64,000 nucleotides of DNA. Origin: Deltaproteobacteria bacterium (GTDB lineage: Bacteria; Myxococcota_A; UBA9160; SMWR01). The position numbers were made by a program, and so were the translations under genes. The DNA is taken from assembly GCA_032128375.1 (NCBI GenBank), contig JAQBGU010000188.1:64001-128000 (forward strand). Reading direction: 5' to 3'. The notes beneath the pieces are model-generated. The model did no database searches. It worked only from the letters and a program-made list of their open reading frames with translations, and was not told where the DNA came from. How positions within the stretch are numbered: position 1 is the stretch's first letter; each line of letters starts with the position of its first letter. Below, piece by piece: positions 63,468-64,000 of the stretch.

Positions 63468-64000
63468 ATGCGAACGACGCTCATCTTGATCGTGGCGGCA
63501 CTTGCATGGATCGCAGTCGCAGCATCCGCCATCGCCGCGGACAACGCTTCGTCTCGCGCAGCCTCGAGCCATAGCGTTCTGGCAACGCAACCGCCCGTGT
63601 TGAGCGAATACCACGCTCGACAGCCCGGCGATGGAATCAAGTTCTTGATCGCCGCCCTTGCGACCGGGCTGTTGGTCCTGCGCACCTGGCGGGAGCGCCG
63701 CGCCGGGCCGACCCGCATCGAGAACGCGGCGCTCGGACTGCTCGCGATCGCTTCCGTTTTCGCGTGGTGGAATTTCTTGCAGTTTCATCATCCCCACTAC
63801 ATTCACCTGGCAGATACGTTCCACTACTACATCGGTGCGCGCTACTTTCCGGAGTTGGGCTATTCGCGCTTATACGATTGCACCGAGGTAGCGAATGCTC
63901 GGCTTGCAGGACCACGCGGCCAGATCCCCAGCTCGTTGCGCGATCTGTCGACCAACACCATCGTGTCCAGCGCGTCGATCCTGGCGGAGCCAGAGCGCTG
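63468..64000 (+). CDS. Membrane protein, possibly GT-C type glycosyltransferase (partial; runs off the window end)
   Basis: Manual translation gives MRTTLILIVAALAWIAVAASA, then TM segments, then FAWWNFLQFHHPHYIHLADTFHYYIGARYFPELGYSRLYDC. No stop before the window end. Confidence 0.6.
   Translation, partial: MRTTLILIVAALAWIAVAASAIAADNASSRAASSHSVLATQPPVLSEYHARQPGDGIKFLIAALATGLLVLRTWRERRAGPTRIENAALGLLAIASVFAWWNFLQFHHPHYIHLADTFHYYIGARYFPELGYSRLYDCTEVANARLAGPRGQIPSSLRDLSTNTIVSSASILAEPER

Overview
This is a GC-rich, gene-dense bacterial chromosomal window with about 52 CDSs. The gene content is compatible with a Gram-negative Myxococcota/deltaproteobacterium-like organism, which is an inference. 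I saw no rRNA, tRNA, CRISPR array or transposase. All family calls come from motif recognition in the translations, not from database searches. Two systems stand out. (1) At 45497-48281 there is a translationally coupled three-gene operon: queC (preQ0 synthase), a divergent ArmA/Rmt/Sgm-like (16S m7G1405-type) methyltransferase, and a short archaeal-type tRNA-guanine transglycosylase lacking the C-terminal tRNA-binding domains, with no dpdB/dpdC nearby. It is the best candidate for an undescribed 7-deazaguanine nucleic-acid modification system. (2) At about 4.9-30.3 kb there is an envelope-lipid region resembling the Caulobacter anionic-sphingolipid (cpg) locus: fused LptF/G, two NTP transferases, a CDP-alcohol phosphotransferase, a DAGK/ceramide-kinase-like gene, a CpgC-like gene and a desaturase. 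It also carries a metal-independent KdsA, two ELM1/GtrOC1 proteins (one a tri-domain fusion), an MsbA-like exporter, an AttH/Svf1-like exported protein, a 2OG-Fe oxygenase and a methyltransferase/P-loop fusion. The rest is lipid catabolism, transport and housekeeping (RecQ, PlsB, ACAD pair, LLM oxidoreductase, GH2 beta-galactosidase, SucA, WecB). Smaller observations are an internally deleted regulator pseudogene, a GST that appears to start at CTG, and many short tandem duplications at gene boundaries.
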